A stretch of DNA of 64,000 nucleotides from an uncultured Gemmatimonadales bacterium (GTDB lineage Bacteria; Gemmatimonadota; Gemmatimonadetes; Gemmatimonadales; GWC2-71-9): NCBI GenBank assembly GCA_963728915.1, contig CAVSLV010000001.1:1344001-1408000 (forward strand). Reading direction: 5' to 3'. Position 1 is the first letter of the stretch; the number at the start of each line of letters is the position of its first letter. The translations under genes were made by a program, and so were the position numbers. Below the pieces are notes generated by a model. That model had not been told where the DNA came from and did no database searches. It saw nothing but the letters and a program-made list of their open reading frames with translations. This document shows, in pieces, positions 38,898 to 53,691 of this stretch.

Positions 38898-41036
38898 ATG
38901 CACGGAGTCCGCATTCCTTTCGCCGGAGGCCTGTTGCTCTCCGGTCTGTTCGCCGCGTTCGTCGCCGGGTGTGAGCCGGCGGTGACGACTCCTTCCGAAC
39001 CGACCGTCCTGGAATTCACCGCCGGTGCGAATCAGTCGGGGCCGGTGGGAGCACCTTTGCCGGTCAGGATCGTGGTGCGGGCGGCGAACCCGCTGGGTGG
39101 CATGGCGAACGTCACGATTTCCATCACGCCGGGCGGCGAGAGTGGAACGGTGCCATCGGGAACGGTCACGACCGGGTCCAACGGAACCGCGGAGTTTATC
39201 TGGACCCTGGGCACGAAGGCCGGGCTTCAGACCTTGAGCGCCAGCGCCGGGGCCAGGCGGCCGGTCACCGCTTCGACCTCGGCGACCGCCACCGCAGGAC
39301 CTGCCAGCGCGATCAAGCAAGTGAGTGACTCGTCGCAGCCGATCGTGGTGGGTCATGCGGCGGTGACTCGACCCGTCGTCCGGGTAACCGATAGTTACGG
39401 CAATCCGGTGCCGAACGCCGCGGTGAATTTCCAGGCCGATCAGGGAGCCTCGACGCTCAGCGGCACGAGCCAGCTCACCGATCCCGATGGAGAAGCCACC
39501 CTCGGCTCCTGGACCATCGGGCTGGACGCGGGACCGTATGCCATCCGGGCGTACCTCCTGAACGGGACCTCGGCGGTCTTTGCCGCCACCGGAATCCCGG
39601 CATCCTTGATGGCCGTGGAGGGCCTGGGGCAAACCGCAAACGTCGGCACGGCGCTTCCTGTTGCTCCCGCAGTTCGCGCCGGGCGGGATGACGGCTCCCC
39701 ACTCCCCAATGTGCCGGTCGACTTCGGCGTGATCGGCGGCGGGGGCTCGGTCGATGGCGGCGCCGCGGTGACCGGAGGAGACGGCATCGCGAGGCCGACC
39801 CGCTGGATCATCGGACCGGTCGCGGGAAACAACCGGGTCCAGGCAACCACGCTGGGACGGACTCCCGTGACGTTCGATGCGACCGGCGTCCCCGGCGCGG
39901 CGACGGCCATGGCGCTGAGCGGAGGATCCGCGCTGGTGGGATACTTCGACAACTTCCTGCCCGGTGTCCCCGAGGTCATCGCGACGGACGTGCACGGCAA
40001 CCCCGTCGCATTGGTCCCGGTCACCTTTCAGGTGACTTCGGGCGGCGGCGTGCTCACTGGAGCCGCAACCGAGACCGACTATCTGGGTCGGGCCCATCCG
40101 AGCAGCTGGCGGCTTGGATCGTCGGGTCTCCAGAGTATCACGGCGACCTCGACCGGTTTCCAGCCGATCTCGTTCACCGCGGAGGCCTCCGCTGCCCCGG
40201 CGAGCACGTTCCATATCGAGGTGAGATACGAGGCGGGGACCAACCCCACCGAGGCCCAGCGCGCGGCGTTCGACGCGGCGATCGCACGATGGACCAGCAT
40301 CGTCGTCGCTGGCGGGCCGCCTTACCAGATCCACGAGAGCGCGGGCTGCGGCAACATGATGGGCGAGACCATCGACGGGGTGGTGATCACGGTCGCACTT
40401 CGCCCACTCCAGGGAAATATCCTGGGCAGCGCCGGGCCCTGTATCGTGCGGGACCAGAGCTATCTCCCGGTCCAGGGCTACATGGAGCTCAACACGAATT
40501 TCCTTGCCCAGCTCGAGCAGAACGGCCAGCTCCAGGCGGTGGTGCTGCATGAGATGATGCACGTGCTGGGCTTCGGCACCCTGTGGAATTACAGCGGACT
40601 GCCAGGCCAGCCGTCGAATCATTTCCTCGACGGAAGCCCCGGTACCGACCCGACGTTCAGCGGTCCCGCCGCGCGCGCCGCATTCTACGGTGCGATGGGG
40701 GTAGGCACCTTCAGCGGAACTCCCATCCCGGTCGAAGGACTGCCGTACGGAGCCGGCACGGCCTATTCGCACTGGCGGAAGACGACGTTCGGGAACGAGC
40801 TGATGACCGGGTTCCTCACGGCGGGAGCGGTCACGCCGTTGAGCGCCGTGTCGGTGGAATCGTTACGCGATCTGGGCTACCGGGTCAACGACACCTTGTC
40901 GGATGCGTTCTCGTTCCAGGCCTTCGTCCAGTCCTATGGACAGCCAGTCCTGGAGATGCGCGAGGGCGTGCTCTCCGGCGACATCGTGGTGATCAACCGG
41001 CAGGGGAGACAGGTCGGCAGGATTCCGAGACAGTAG
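38898..41036 (+). CDS. Lipoprotein with Ig-like repeats and leishmanolysin/M8-like Zn metallopeptidase domain, paralog 2
   Basis: VAGC lipobox; same repeat architecture; HEMMHVLG, SHW, ELMTG Met-turn. Confidence 0.83.
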   Translation: MHGVRIPFAGGLLLSGLFAAFVAGCEPAVTTPSEPTVLEFTAGANQSGPVGAPLPVRIVVRAANPLGGMANVTISITPGGESGTVPSGTVTTGSNGTAEFIWTLGTKAGLQTLSASAGARRPVTASTSATATAGPASAIKQVSDSSQPIVVGHAAVTRPVVRVTDSYGNPVPNAAVNFQADQGASTLSGTSQLTDPDGEATLGSWTIGLDAGPYAIRAYLLNGTSAVFAATGIPASLMAVEGLGQTANVGTALPVAPAVRAGRDDGSPLPNVPVDFGVIGGGGSVDGGAAVTGGDGIARPTRWIIGPVAGNNRVQATTLGRTPVTFDATGVPGAATAMALSGGSALVGYFDNFLPGVPEVIATDVHGNPVALVPVTFQVTSGGGVLTGAATETDYLGRAHPSSWRLGSSGLQSITATSTGFQPISFTAEASAAPASTFHIEVRYEAGTNPTEAQRAAFDAAIARWTSIVVAGGPPYQIHESAGCGNMMGETIDGVVITVALRPLQGNILGSAGPCIVRDQSYLPVQGYMELNTNFLAQLEQNGQLQAVVLHEMMHVLGFGTLWNYSGLPGQPSNHFLDGSPGTDPTFSGPAARAAFYGAMGVGTFSGTPIPVEGLPYGAGTAYSHWRKTTFGNELMTGFLTAGAVTPLSAVSVESLRDLGYRVNDTLSDAFSFQAFVQSYGQPVLEMREGVLSGDIVVINRQGRQVGRIPRQ

Positions 41037-41063
41037 ATCCGAGAGGGGTTCGAGGTGCTGAGC

Positions 41064-41091
41064 GGCGAGGGGCGAGGGGCGAGGGGCGAGG
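41064..41091. repeat. Heptamer tandem repeat (GGCGAGG)x4 between convergent genes
   Basis: ggcgagg ggcgagg ggcgagg ggcgagg with degenerate units just upstream. Confidence 0.85.
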
Positions 41092-41096
41092 AGCTT

Positions 41097-41522
41097 CTAC
41101 TGCCGGAACCAGAGCCCGATGACAGCACCGAGCACCACAGCCCAGGCGGCGATGAACCAGCGGGTTTGCTCGCCCAGCCGACGTTCGAGCTTCGCCTCGA
41201 GCCGCGACTCGAGCTGATCGATTCGTGAGGCCAACTCGGCGGTCCGCAGTTCGATCTTTGCATCCAGGGCGGCTGTCCGTTGCTCGAGCTTCGCCTCGAA
41301 CCGCGAGGCCAACTCGGCGGTCCGCAGTTCGATCTTTGCATCCAGGGCGGCTGTCCGTTGCTCGAGCTTCGCATCAAACCGGGCGAAGTTCAGCTCGTTG
41401 AGCTCGCGCAGATCCGCCCGGTAGGTTGCGTCCACCGCATTCAGCCAGTCCACGAGTTCATTGACGATTTCATCGCCCAGGCGCTCATAGACGAGCCGGG
41501 ACAGCCGGGCGGTGACTGGCAT
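41097..41522 (-). CDS. Coiled-coil protein with C-terminal TM anchor (DUF1640/CCDC90-like)
   Basis: Head LYERLGDE..ELVDW, heptad stalk, TRWFIAAWAVVLGAVIGL anchor. Confidence 0.7.
   Translation of the reverse strand: MPVTARLSRLVYERLGDEIVNELVDWLNAVDATYRADLRELNELNFARFDAKLEQRTAALDAKIELRTAELASRFEAKLEQRTAALDAKIELRTAELASRIDQLESRLEAKLERRLGEQTRWFIAAWAVVLGAVIGLWFRQ
41227..41372. repeat. Perfect 68-bp direct repeat with 78-bp period inside the coiled-coil gene
   Basis: 41227-41294 is identical to 41305-41372. Confidence 0.92.
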
Positions 41523-41615
41523 GGCGGAGCCCTCGCGGAAGATCCGCTGCCAACTTACAACCTATCGTACTGGAGCTAATAACCCAAAGAACGCGGTTCG
41601 GAGGGACCGGAAGGA

Positions 41616-42688
41616 TTATCGCCTTTCCCAGATCACCACGAACGGTCCCGGCTGGCGCTGAGCGTTGATCCTGCCGCCACCCGCCCCAAGCCCGGCCGAA
41701 GGATCACGGGTTACGGACCTCTGCCCCTTGAAGTGTTCCGGCGGCTTCTTGAACCCAATGCACCACACCCTCATCAGATCAACAAGCGTGCGAGTCACAT
41801 CTCGGCAGATGTCATCGCCGAACTCGATCAGCTCGACTTCGGACGCCCGCCACGAGCACAGGTCATTCACCGACCGTCCCTCAAGAATGAACGTCCCGTT
41901 CAGAATGATCGTCAGACTGTCTTCTCGACCCCGCTTCACGGCGGCAGCGACCTGGCTCACCTCGCAAAGAGGCAGGGACTCGTAGCGCTTGAGTTGGCCG
42001 GCGCTGAGCCGATCATCTGGCAGGTTGGCGACAAGACGGCGGCCGAGATCGTGAATCGCGACCTCATCCGCACGCGACGGGAGCTCACGAGATGGGCGAA
42101 GCCGGACGGCGACCTCCACCCCCTCGTCCTTGTTGACCTCGACAAAAAGGCGTTCATCGGAATAGCCCGGATGGACGATACGGACCACGTACTGGCCTCG
42201 GACCGCATGCGAGAACGCGAAGTGACCGCTGAAGTCGGTGACTGCTTCTCCCCCACCCCTTCCGGCGACCTGGACGCTGACTCCCGCGAGTGGTTGGTAA
42301 CTGGTATCTCCCACCGTGCCGTAGATCCCCGACCGGCGTACCTCGGTATACAGCGTGGGCAGCTGCTGGGTGGCGGGATGCAGAACGTAGTTGTAGTGCC
42401 ACACGCCGGTCCGCACGACTACGGGTTGGCGCAGCGGCGAATACCCCACCAGCCGGATCGTGATCAACTGATTCCCTACCGGGAGGCTGTCCAGCGAAAA
42501 CCTCCCTGCGAGGTCGTCGTGACAGTCCTGTTCTCTACGGTGACCTGGGCTCCGGTGAGTGGGACGCCGATGGTATCCCGCACAGTTCCCGTTACGGACC
42601 CGACGGCTTGTGCCCCAAGCGAACGAGCCGTCAAGGCGATCAAGCAGACCTTGTACGCTCGGGCGGTCCTTGCTCCTGCATGCGGCAT
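41616..42688 (-). pseudogene. Frameshifted secreted protein with two carboxypeptidase-regulatory-like domains
   Basis: ORF 42476-42688 (signal, GTVRDTIGVPLTGAQV..SQGGF) continues in the -1 frame as LDSLPVGNQLITIRLVGY into ORF 41616-42467; one base missing near 42495-42500. Confidence 0.7.
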
Positions 42689-42733
42689 CCTGGATAGATA
42701 GTCAGATCCGGGCCGGGGCCCTACTTTTCACGG

Positions 42734-42964
42734 ATGCGCGATACCTCTTCCGATGCGCAGCAGATTTCGTTGACCGCAATCCGCCGCCGTCCTCCCATCG
42801 AGCGGATGCAGGAGGCGCTCGAGCTGAGCGAGACCCTGCGCACGCTGGCCCTGGCGCGCTGGCGGCGGGCGTATCCGGCAGACTCGACAATCGCCCTGGT
42901 CGAGCGACTGACCGGCGAATCGCTGCGGCTCGCGGTCCGCACCGGCCCAACAACACTCCGGTGA
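42734..42964 (+). CDS. Small helical protein, probable antitoxin-like partner of the nucleotidyltransferase
   Basis: DTS.DA..I.....RR..P.ER...ALELS pattern; GTGA overlap with the next gene; TACTTT 6 nt before ATG. Confidence 0.65.
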   Translation: MRDTSSDAQQISLTAIRRRPPIERMQEALELSETLRTLALARWRRAYPADSTIALVERLTGESLRLAVRTGPTTLR

Positions 42965-43515
42965 GCCTGGAGCGGCTGGTTCGGGCGCTGGCCGAGGCCA
43001 TGAACGCCAACGGCATCCCGTTCATGCTCACCGGATCGGTCGCGGCCGCCTTTCGCGGGGCGAGCCGGGCCACAATGGATGTCGACCTGGTCATCGATCC
43101 GACCGGCCCCGCACTCGAGGCACTCATCCGTCGGATCGAGGCACTCGGGCTCTACATCTCGGCTGATGCCGCGCGCGAAGCGTTGGCGCGGCACGGGATG
43201 TTCAATGTGGTGGATCCCGACACGGGCTGGAAAGCCGACCTGATCATTCGCAAGCGGCGCCCGTTTTCCGAGACCGAGTTCTCGCGCCGGGAGGAGGCCG
43301 ATTTCCTTGGCGTTCCCGTCGCAGTGGCTAGACTCGAGGATGTCATTCTGTCGAAACTGGAGTGGGCACACCTCGGCGGGTCCGCACGACAGGTCGAAGA
43401 CGTCCGCGGGCTCATTCGGGTGGCCGGAGACGAGCTGGATCGGCTGTACCTGGAAGGGTGGATCGATCAACTCGGGGTACGCTCGGAGTGGGAGTTGGCA
43501 GCCAGGACGTCTTGA
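42961..43515 (+). CDS. Pol-beta-superfamily nucleotidyltransferase (DUF6036/AbiEii-like)
   Basis: MLTGSVA, RATMDVDLV, KADL, EDVILSKL..RQVEDV. Confidence 0.78.
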   Translation: MSLERLVRALAEAMNANGIPFMLTGSVAAAFRGASRATMDVDLVIDPTGPALEALIRRIEALGLYISADAAREALARHGMFNVVDPDTGWKADLIIRKRRPFSETEFSRREEADFLGVPVAVARLEDVILSKLEWAHLGGSARQVEDVRGLIRVAGDELDRLYLEGWIDQLGVRSEWELAARTS

Positions 43516-43527
43516 TTTCACACAACG

Positions 43528-43556
43528 AAAACCGCCCGGGATGATCCCGGGCGGTT
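43528..43556 (-). terminator. Rho-independent terminator of rpoBC
   Basis: AACCGCCCGGGAT-N-ATCCCGGGCGGTT perfect stem with U-tract on the minus strand, about 25 nt after the rpoC stop. Confidence 0.8.
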
Positions 43557-43580
43557 CCCACAGCTTGACAAATTGAGCTC

Positions 43581-48155
<4,575 letters not shown>

Positions 48156-48162
48156 GTATGCC

Positions 48163-51100
48163 TTACTCCTCGCCTTCGGCGGTGGTCCCGAGCGTGACCT
48201 TGAGCCCCAACGCCTGGAGCTCCTTCACCAACACGTTGAAGGACTCGGGAATTCCCGGCTCCGGGAGATTCTGTCCCTTCACAATGGCTTCGTACACCTT
48301 GCTCCGGCCGTTGACGTCGTCCGATTTGACCGTGAGCATTTCCTGGAGGAGGTGCGCGGCGCCGTAGGCTTCCAGCGCCCACACTTCCATTTCACCGAAC
48401 CGCTGTCCGCCGAACTGCGCCTTGCCCGCGAGGGGCTGCTGGGTCACCAGCGAGTACGGCCCGATGGACCTGGCGTGGATCTTGTCGTCCACCAGGTGGG
48501 ACAGCTTGAGCATGTAGATGGTTCCCACCGTCACGTCGCTCTCGAACTCGGTTCCCGAGCGGCCGTCCCGAAGCTTGACCTTTCCGGCCGGCGTGAGACC
48601 GGCGGCGCGAATCAGCTCGTCGGCCGCCTCTCCGATCACCTCGGCCGAGGGACTCGCACCGGCCCGAAGCAGGGCGGCGAGCGCGGGCCGGCCGGCATCC
48701 TCCAGGGCATCAGCGCCTTCCAGCCTGGCGCTGCGCTCCAGCTCGGTGATGAACGCCTTGCCGTTCCCGTTGGTCACGTCGCGATGGAACTTGAGCTCGT
48801 GCTGCCGCTGTCCGCTGTGCCGCGCGGCAAGCTCCCGGGCTCCCTCGAGGAGAAAGCTCTTCACGTCCTGATGCAGCTTCTTGGTCGAGGCGCTGCCCTT
48901 GGCCAGCATCGCCAGCCCGGCCGATTCCAGCGTGGTCCCCGCCGACACCAGTCGGTGCGCATCGGCGATGAGGGTATCGATGACGCTCGAATCGGGCACC
49001 GGCGCACTGGCCGTGAGCTGGAGCGCGTCCGCGGCCCAGCGGAGCCCGGCGATCCGCATCAGCACGCCGATTTCGCCCTCATCGGCGCCGCGGAACACCG
49101 GGGTCTTGGCCTTGAAGCCCAGCATCCGGGCGCACCAGCCCAGGTGGGTCTCGAGGATCTGACCCACGTTCATCCGGCTCGGCACACCCAGGGGATTCAG
49201 CACGATGTCGACGGGGGTCCCGTCGGGGAGGAACGGCATGTCCTCTTCCGGGACGATCCGCGCCACGATCCCCTTGTTGCCGTGACGGCCGGCCATCTTG
49301 TCGCCGACCGAGATCTTCCGCTTCTCGCCCAGGTACACCTTGACGAGCTGGATCACGCCGGGCGGGAGCTCGTCGGGCTGGAGGATCTTGTCGATCTGGT
49401 CCTCCGCCTTTTCCTCGACCCGGGCCCGCTCGCGGGCGGCGGCGTCGATGGTGGCGCGGATCCGGTCGTTGGCGCTTCGATCCTGCACCCGCAGGGTCTT
49501 GAGATCCACATCCGTGAGATCGACCTCGCGCAGCCGCTCGCCGCTCAGCGTCGTCCCGGCCGGGAGGAATTCCTCCACGGTGCCGGCCTTGAGCATCAGG
49601 GCCACGGTCTGTCCTTCGAGCAGGGCGAGCAGCTCGTTGAGCATGACCTCGTTGATCCGGTTCTTCTCGTCGTGTTCGATCCGGCGGACCTCGCCGATCC
49701 GCTCGCCGCGGTCCTTTTCGACCACCTGGTCTTCCACCCGGCTGAAGATCTTGACGTCGATCACGGTGCCCTTCATTCCGGGCGGCACCTTGAGCGAGCT
49801 GTCCTTCACGTCCTTGGCCTTCTCGCCGAAGATCGCGGTGAGGAGCTTCTCCTCGGGGGAAAGCTCGGTCTCTCCTTTCGGGGTGATCTTCCCGACCAGG
49901 ATGTCGCCCGGCTTGACGTGGGCGCCGATCCGGATGATGCCGCGCTCGTCGAGATCCACCAGGGCCTCGTCGGAGACGTTGGGGATTTCCCGGGTGATTT
50001 CTTCCTGGCCCCGCTTGGTGTCGCGGACGTGGAGCTCGAGCTCCTGGATGTGGATGGACGAGTACACGTCGTCCTTGACCAGCCGCTCCGAGAGCACGAT
50101 GGCGTCCTCGAAGTTGTGGCCGTACCAGGGCATGAACGCGACGGTGACGTTGTTGCCGAGGGCGAGCTCGCCCGCCTCGGTGGCGGAGCCGTCGGCGACG
50201 ATCGCGCCCTGGGAGACGTGGTCGCCCTCCTGCACCAGGGGCCGCTGATTGAGCGCGGTGTCCTGGTTGGTCCGCCAGAACTTCTTGATCCGATAGCGAT
50301 CCACCTGGGCCAAGCGCGCCAGGGGCTGCTCGCCCACTGGGGAAGTGCCGTCGCCGCTGTCGATGATCAGCTCGTCGGCGGTGACCCGGGTGACCAGCCC
50401 GCCCCGGCGGGCGGCGATCACCGCGCCGGAATCGCGCGCCACCTTTTCCTCGAGTCCGGTACCCACCACCGGCGCCTCAGGGAAGAGCAGCGGGACCGAC
50501 TGCCGCTGCATGTTGCTGCCCATGAGGGCGCGGTTCGCGTCGTCGTGCTCCAGGAACGGGATCAGGGCCGCGGCGATGGAGACCAGCTGGTCCGGGCTCA
50601 CATCCATGAAGTCGATGCGCGACGAGGGGAGCAGCGGGTAGTCGTCGCCTTTGCGGCAGAGCACCAGCTGGTCCAGGAACTTGCCGTCCGCATCGACCTC
50701 GGCATTGGCCTGGGCGACGGTGAAGCCTTCCTCCTCGCTCGCCGAGAGCCAGCGGATGTCGTCGCCGACCCTGCCGTCTTTCACCACCCGATACGGCGTC
50801 TCGATGAAGCCCAGGTCGTTGATCCGGGCGTAGGTCGAGAGGCTGGTAATGAGTCCGATGTTCGGACCTTCCGGGGTCTCGATCGGGCACATCCGGCCGT
50901 ACTGCGAGTAATGCACGTCGCGAACTTCGAAGCCGGCACGCTCCCGGGTCAGCCCGCCCGGACCCAGCGCGCTCAAGCGCCGCTTGTTGGTCAGCTCGGC
51001 CAGCGGGTTGGTCTGATCCATGAACTGGGAGAGCTGCGACGACCCGAAGAAGGCCTGGATCACCGCGGACACGGTCCGCGCATTGACCAGGTCGTCGAGG

Positions 51101-52614
51101 GAGATCTTCTCCGGATCGGAGTTGATGCTCATCCGCTCCTTCACCAGCCGCGCCATCCGGGAGAGGCCCACCGAGAACTGGTTCGCGATCAGCTCGCCCA
51201 CCGAGCGGATCCGCCGGTTGCCGAGGTGGTCGATGTCATCGGTGTGCCCGCGCCCGTCGTGGAGATCGATCAGGTAGCGGATGATCGCGATGAAATCTTC
51301 CTCGGTCAGCACGGTATGGTTCGGATCGGTCCGGAGGCCGAGCCGCTGGTTGATCTTGTAGCGCCCCACCCGCCCGAGGTCGTACCGCTTCGGGTTGAAG
51401 AAGAGCCGCTGGAGTTGCTGCCGCGCGGTCTCCAGGTTGGGCGCGTCGCCGGGGCGGAGCAGCCCGTAGATCTGGTGCAGCGCGTCGGCCTCGCTCTTGG
51501 TCGGATCCTTGGCGAGGGTGTTCTTGATCAGGGGCGACTCGGCCCGGCCCGGCGGCAAGAGCACGTCCGCCTTGGTCACGCCCATGCCGATCAGCCGCTG
51601 GCGGAGCGCATCGGTGAGCTCCTTGCCCGCGTCGGCGATCACCTCGCCGGTCGCCGGATCGGCCACCGCGAAGGCCAGCACCCAGGGGTGCCGCTCCCGG
51701 GTCGTGGTGGGCTGCTCCTCTTCCCGGAGATCGAGGGTGGTGTAGCCGGCGAAGCACTGCACCGCGGTGATCCCCACGTGGCGCATCGCGTTGACCCGTT
51801 CCACGGTGAGCTCGTCGCCCACGACGCCGAGCGGCGCCGCACCCGGGTCCTCCGGATTCGGCACGTCCGCGGCGAGCAGCGCGCCGATCACCTCGCGGCG
51901 CTCCTGGCGGCCTTCCAGCTTCCCGGTGATGTTCACCGCCTTCGTCGCGAAGAACAGCCGCAGAATGTCGGGGTTGGTTCCATAGCCGAACGCCCGCAGC
52001 AGGGCGGTGGCCGGGAACTTCTTCTTCTTGTCGATGTGCACGTAGATCACATCGTGGATGTCGATGGTGAACTCCACCCAGGATCCCCGGAAGGGGATGA
52101 TCCGGGCCGAAAAGAGCAGCTGCCCGTTGGGGTGGATCTCGTCCTCGAACACCACGCCGGGCGAACGGTGGAGCTGACTCACCACGACCCGTTCGGCGCC
52201 GTTGATCACGAACGTACCCAGCGGGGTCATGATGGGCAGCTCGCCCAGGTAGACCTCCCGCTCGATCTGGTTCTTCAGCCGGCGCTGCCCCTCGACCTCC
52301 TCGAAGACATTGAGGAGCAAGGTGGCCTTGAGCGGCGTGGCATAGGTCATGTCGCGCTCGATGCACTCCTCGACCGAGTATTTGGGGTCGCCCAGCAAAT
52401 AGCTCTTGAAATCGAGCTCGTACTTCCCGTTCACATCCGAGATCGGGAAGAGGTCGCGGAACACCCGTTCCAGCGAAACGTCCTGCCGGGTGCCGGCCAC
52501 ATCGTCCGGGACCAGGAGTGACTGGAAGGCGTTGGTCTGAATGTCGAGCAGGTGCGGCATCGGCATGCCGCTCACCCGCTTGGAGAATGAAATTGAGGGC
52601 TTAGTCTCAGGCAT
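48163..52614 (-). CDS. rpoB: RNA polymerase beta subunit
   Basis: [40 protein letters not shown]. Confidence 0.99.
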   Translation of the reverse strand: MPETKPSISFSKRVSGMPMPHLLDIQTNAFQSLLVPDDVAGTRQDVSLERVFRDLFPISDVNGKYELDFKSYLLGDPKYSVEECIERDMTYATPLKATLLLNVFEEVEGQRRLKNQIEREVYLGELPIMTPLGTFVINGAERVVVSQLHRSPGVVFEDEIHPNGQLLFSARIIPFRGSWVEFTIDIHDVIYVHIDKKKKFPATALLRAFGYGTNPDILRLFFATKAVNITGKLEGRQERREVIGALLAADVPNPEDPGAAPLGVVGDELTVERVNAMRHVGITAVQCFAGYTTLDLREEEQPTTTRERHPWVLAFAVADPATGEVIADAGKELTDALRQRLIGMGVTKADVLLPPGRAESPLIKNTLAKDPTKSEADALHQIYGLLRPGDAPNLETARQQLQRLFFNPKRYDLGRVGRYKINQRLGLRTDPNHTVLTEEDFIAIIRYLIDLHDGRGHTDDIDHLGNRRIRSVGELIANQFSVGLSRMARLVKERMSINSDPEKISLDDLVNARTVSAVIQAFFGSSQLSQFMDQTNPLAELTNKRRLSALGPGGLTRERAGFEVRDVHYSQYGRMCPIETPEGPNIGLITSLSTYARINDLGFIETPYRVVKDGRVGDDIRWLSASEEEGFTVAQANAEVDADGKFLDQLVLCRKGDDYPLLPSSRIDFMDVSPDQLVSIAAALIPFLEHDDANRALMGSNMQRQSVPLLFPEAPVVGTGLEEKVARDSGAVIAARRGGLVTRVTADELIIDSGDGTSPVGEQPLARLAQVDRYRIKKFWRTNQDTALNQRPLVQEGDHVSQGAIVADGSATEAGELALGNNVTVAFMPWYGHNFEDAIVLSERLVKDDVYSSIHIQELELHVRDTKRGQEEITREIPNVSDEALVDLDERGIIRIGAHVKPGDILVGKITPKGETELSPEEKLLTAIFGEKAKDVKDSSLKVPPGMKGTVIDVKIFSRVEDQVVEKDRGERIGEVRRIEHDEKNRINEVMLNELLALLEGQTVALMLKAGTVEEFLPAGTTLSGERLREVDLTDVDLKTLRVQDRSANDRIRATIDAAARERARVEEKAEDQIDKILQPDELPPGVIQLVKVYLGEKRKISVGDKMAGRHGNKGIVARIVPEEDMPFLPDGTPVDIVLNPLGVPSRMNVGQILETHLGWCARMLGFKAKTPVFRGADEGEIGVLMRIAGLRWAADALQLTASAPVPDSSVIDTLIADAHRLVSAGTTLESAGLAMLAKGSASTKKLHQDVKSFLLEGARELAARHSGQRQHELKFHRDVTNGNGKAFITELERSARLEGADALEDAGRPALAALLRAGASPSAEVIGEAADELIRAAGLTPAGKVKLRDGRSGTEFESDVTVGTIYMLKLSHLVDDKIHARSIGPYSLVTQQPLAGKAQFGGQRFGEMEVWALEAYGAAHLLQEMLTVKSDDVNGRSKVYEAIVKGQNLPEPGIPESFNVLVKELQALGLKVTLGTTAEGEE

Positions 52615-52627
52615 CGCGAACCCCGTC

Positions 52628-52690
52628 AAAAGGCAAAAGGAGGCCGCCGGGGCGGCGTCGGCTCGCAAAAGCGCGACGCGCCCCGGGGCG
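52628..52690 (-). terminator. Attenuator-like hairpin plus U-tracts between rplL and rpoB
   Basis: Minus strand CCGGGGC GCGTCG..CGACGC C GCCCCGG followed by ccTTTTgccTTTT. Confidence 0.5.
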
Positions 52691-52793
52691 CTCGGCAGAC
52701 ATCAGGTTTTTTGCAGGCGTCTTGATCATGCCGCCTCACTGAAATAGGGAGTCGTCAGTCGGGCCGACGGAGCGTCGGACCGTCTGTCCGGCC

Positions 52794-53177
52794 CTACTTC
52801 AGCTCGACGACCGCGCCTTGTTCCTCCAGCTTCCGCTTGATTTCCTCGGCCTCGGCCTTGGACGCGCCTTCCTTCACGGACTTGGGCGCGCCGTCCACCA
52901 GATCCTTGGCTTCCTTGAGGCCCAGGGAAGTGACCTCCCGGACCACTTTGATCACCTGGATCTTCTTGGCGCCGGCTTCCTTGAGGATGACCGTAAACTC
53001 GGTCTGCTCCTCGACGGCGGGCGCCGCAGCGCCACCCGCCCCACCCCCAGCCGGGGCGGCCGCCGCCACGACCGAGACGTTGAACTTGGTCTTGAAGGCC
53101 TCGATCAGCTCGGCGAGCTCGATCACGGTCTTCTCCCCGATCGCATCAATGATCTGGTCGTTCGTCATGGTTGCCAT
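52794..53177 (-). CDS. rplL: 50S ribosomal protein L7/L12
   Basis: [27 protein letters not shown]. Confidence 0.98.
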   Translation of the reverse strand: MATMTNDQIIDAIGEKTVIELAELIEAFKTKFNVSVVAAAAPAGGGAGGAAAPAVEEQTEFTVILKEAGAKKIQVIKVVREVTSLGLKEAKDLVDGAPKSVKEGASKAEAEEIKRKLEEQGAVVELK

Positions 53178-53196
53178 CGTGCTTCTTTCCTCTCCT

Positions 53197-53691
53197 TTAA
53201 GAGGCTTCGGACTGACGCTTGTCGTGGAGCGCCTGGAGCGCGCCCACCATTTGATACAGGATGCCGTTCATCGCTCCGGCGAACTGCGCCAGGAGATCGG
53301 CCCGGGGCGGCAGCGCCCCCAGCCGCTTCACGTAGGCGGAATCGACCGGCTTGCCGTCCACCAGCCCGATCCGCACCACCGGCTTCTGGTGTTCCTTGGC
53401 GAAATCGCCGAGCACCTTGGCCGCGGCCAGAGGATCTCCCCCCGCCAGCACGAGGCCGGTCGGTCCGGCGAGGTGGGGGTCAAGCGCGTCGATGCTCTTC
53501 ACGGCCAGGGCGCGCCTGGCCAGGGTGTTCTTGACCACCAGGTACTGCGCGCCCGCGGCGCGGAGCCGGCGCCGCAGCTCGGTGATCTTGCCCACATCGA
53601 GCCCGGTGAAATCGGTCACGTAGATGTTGGGCGAGCCGCCCAGCCGTTCGCTCAGCAAATCGACCGTGGCCTGCCGCTCGGTTTTGCTCAT
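53197..53691 (-). CDS. rplJ: 50S ribosomal protein L10
   Basis: DFTGL..ELRRRLR..VVKNTLA, LAGPT. Confidence 0.96.
   Translation of the reverse strand: MSKTERQATVDLLSERLGGSPNIYVTDFTGLDVGKITELRRRLRAAGAQYLVVKNTLARRALAVKSIDALDPHLAGPTGLVLAGGDPLAAAKVLGDFAKEHQKPVVRIGLVDGKPVDSAYVKRLGALPPRADLLAQFAGAMNGILYQMVGALQALHDKRQSEAS

Noticed and set aside
42559..43515. 318-aa version of the nucleotidyltransferase ORF
   Set aside because: The N-terminal part overlaps two better-supported genes; GTG 42961 coupled to the upstream stop is the likelier start.
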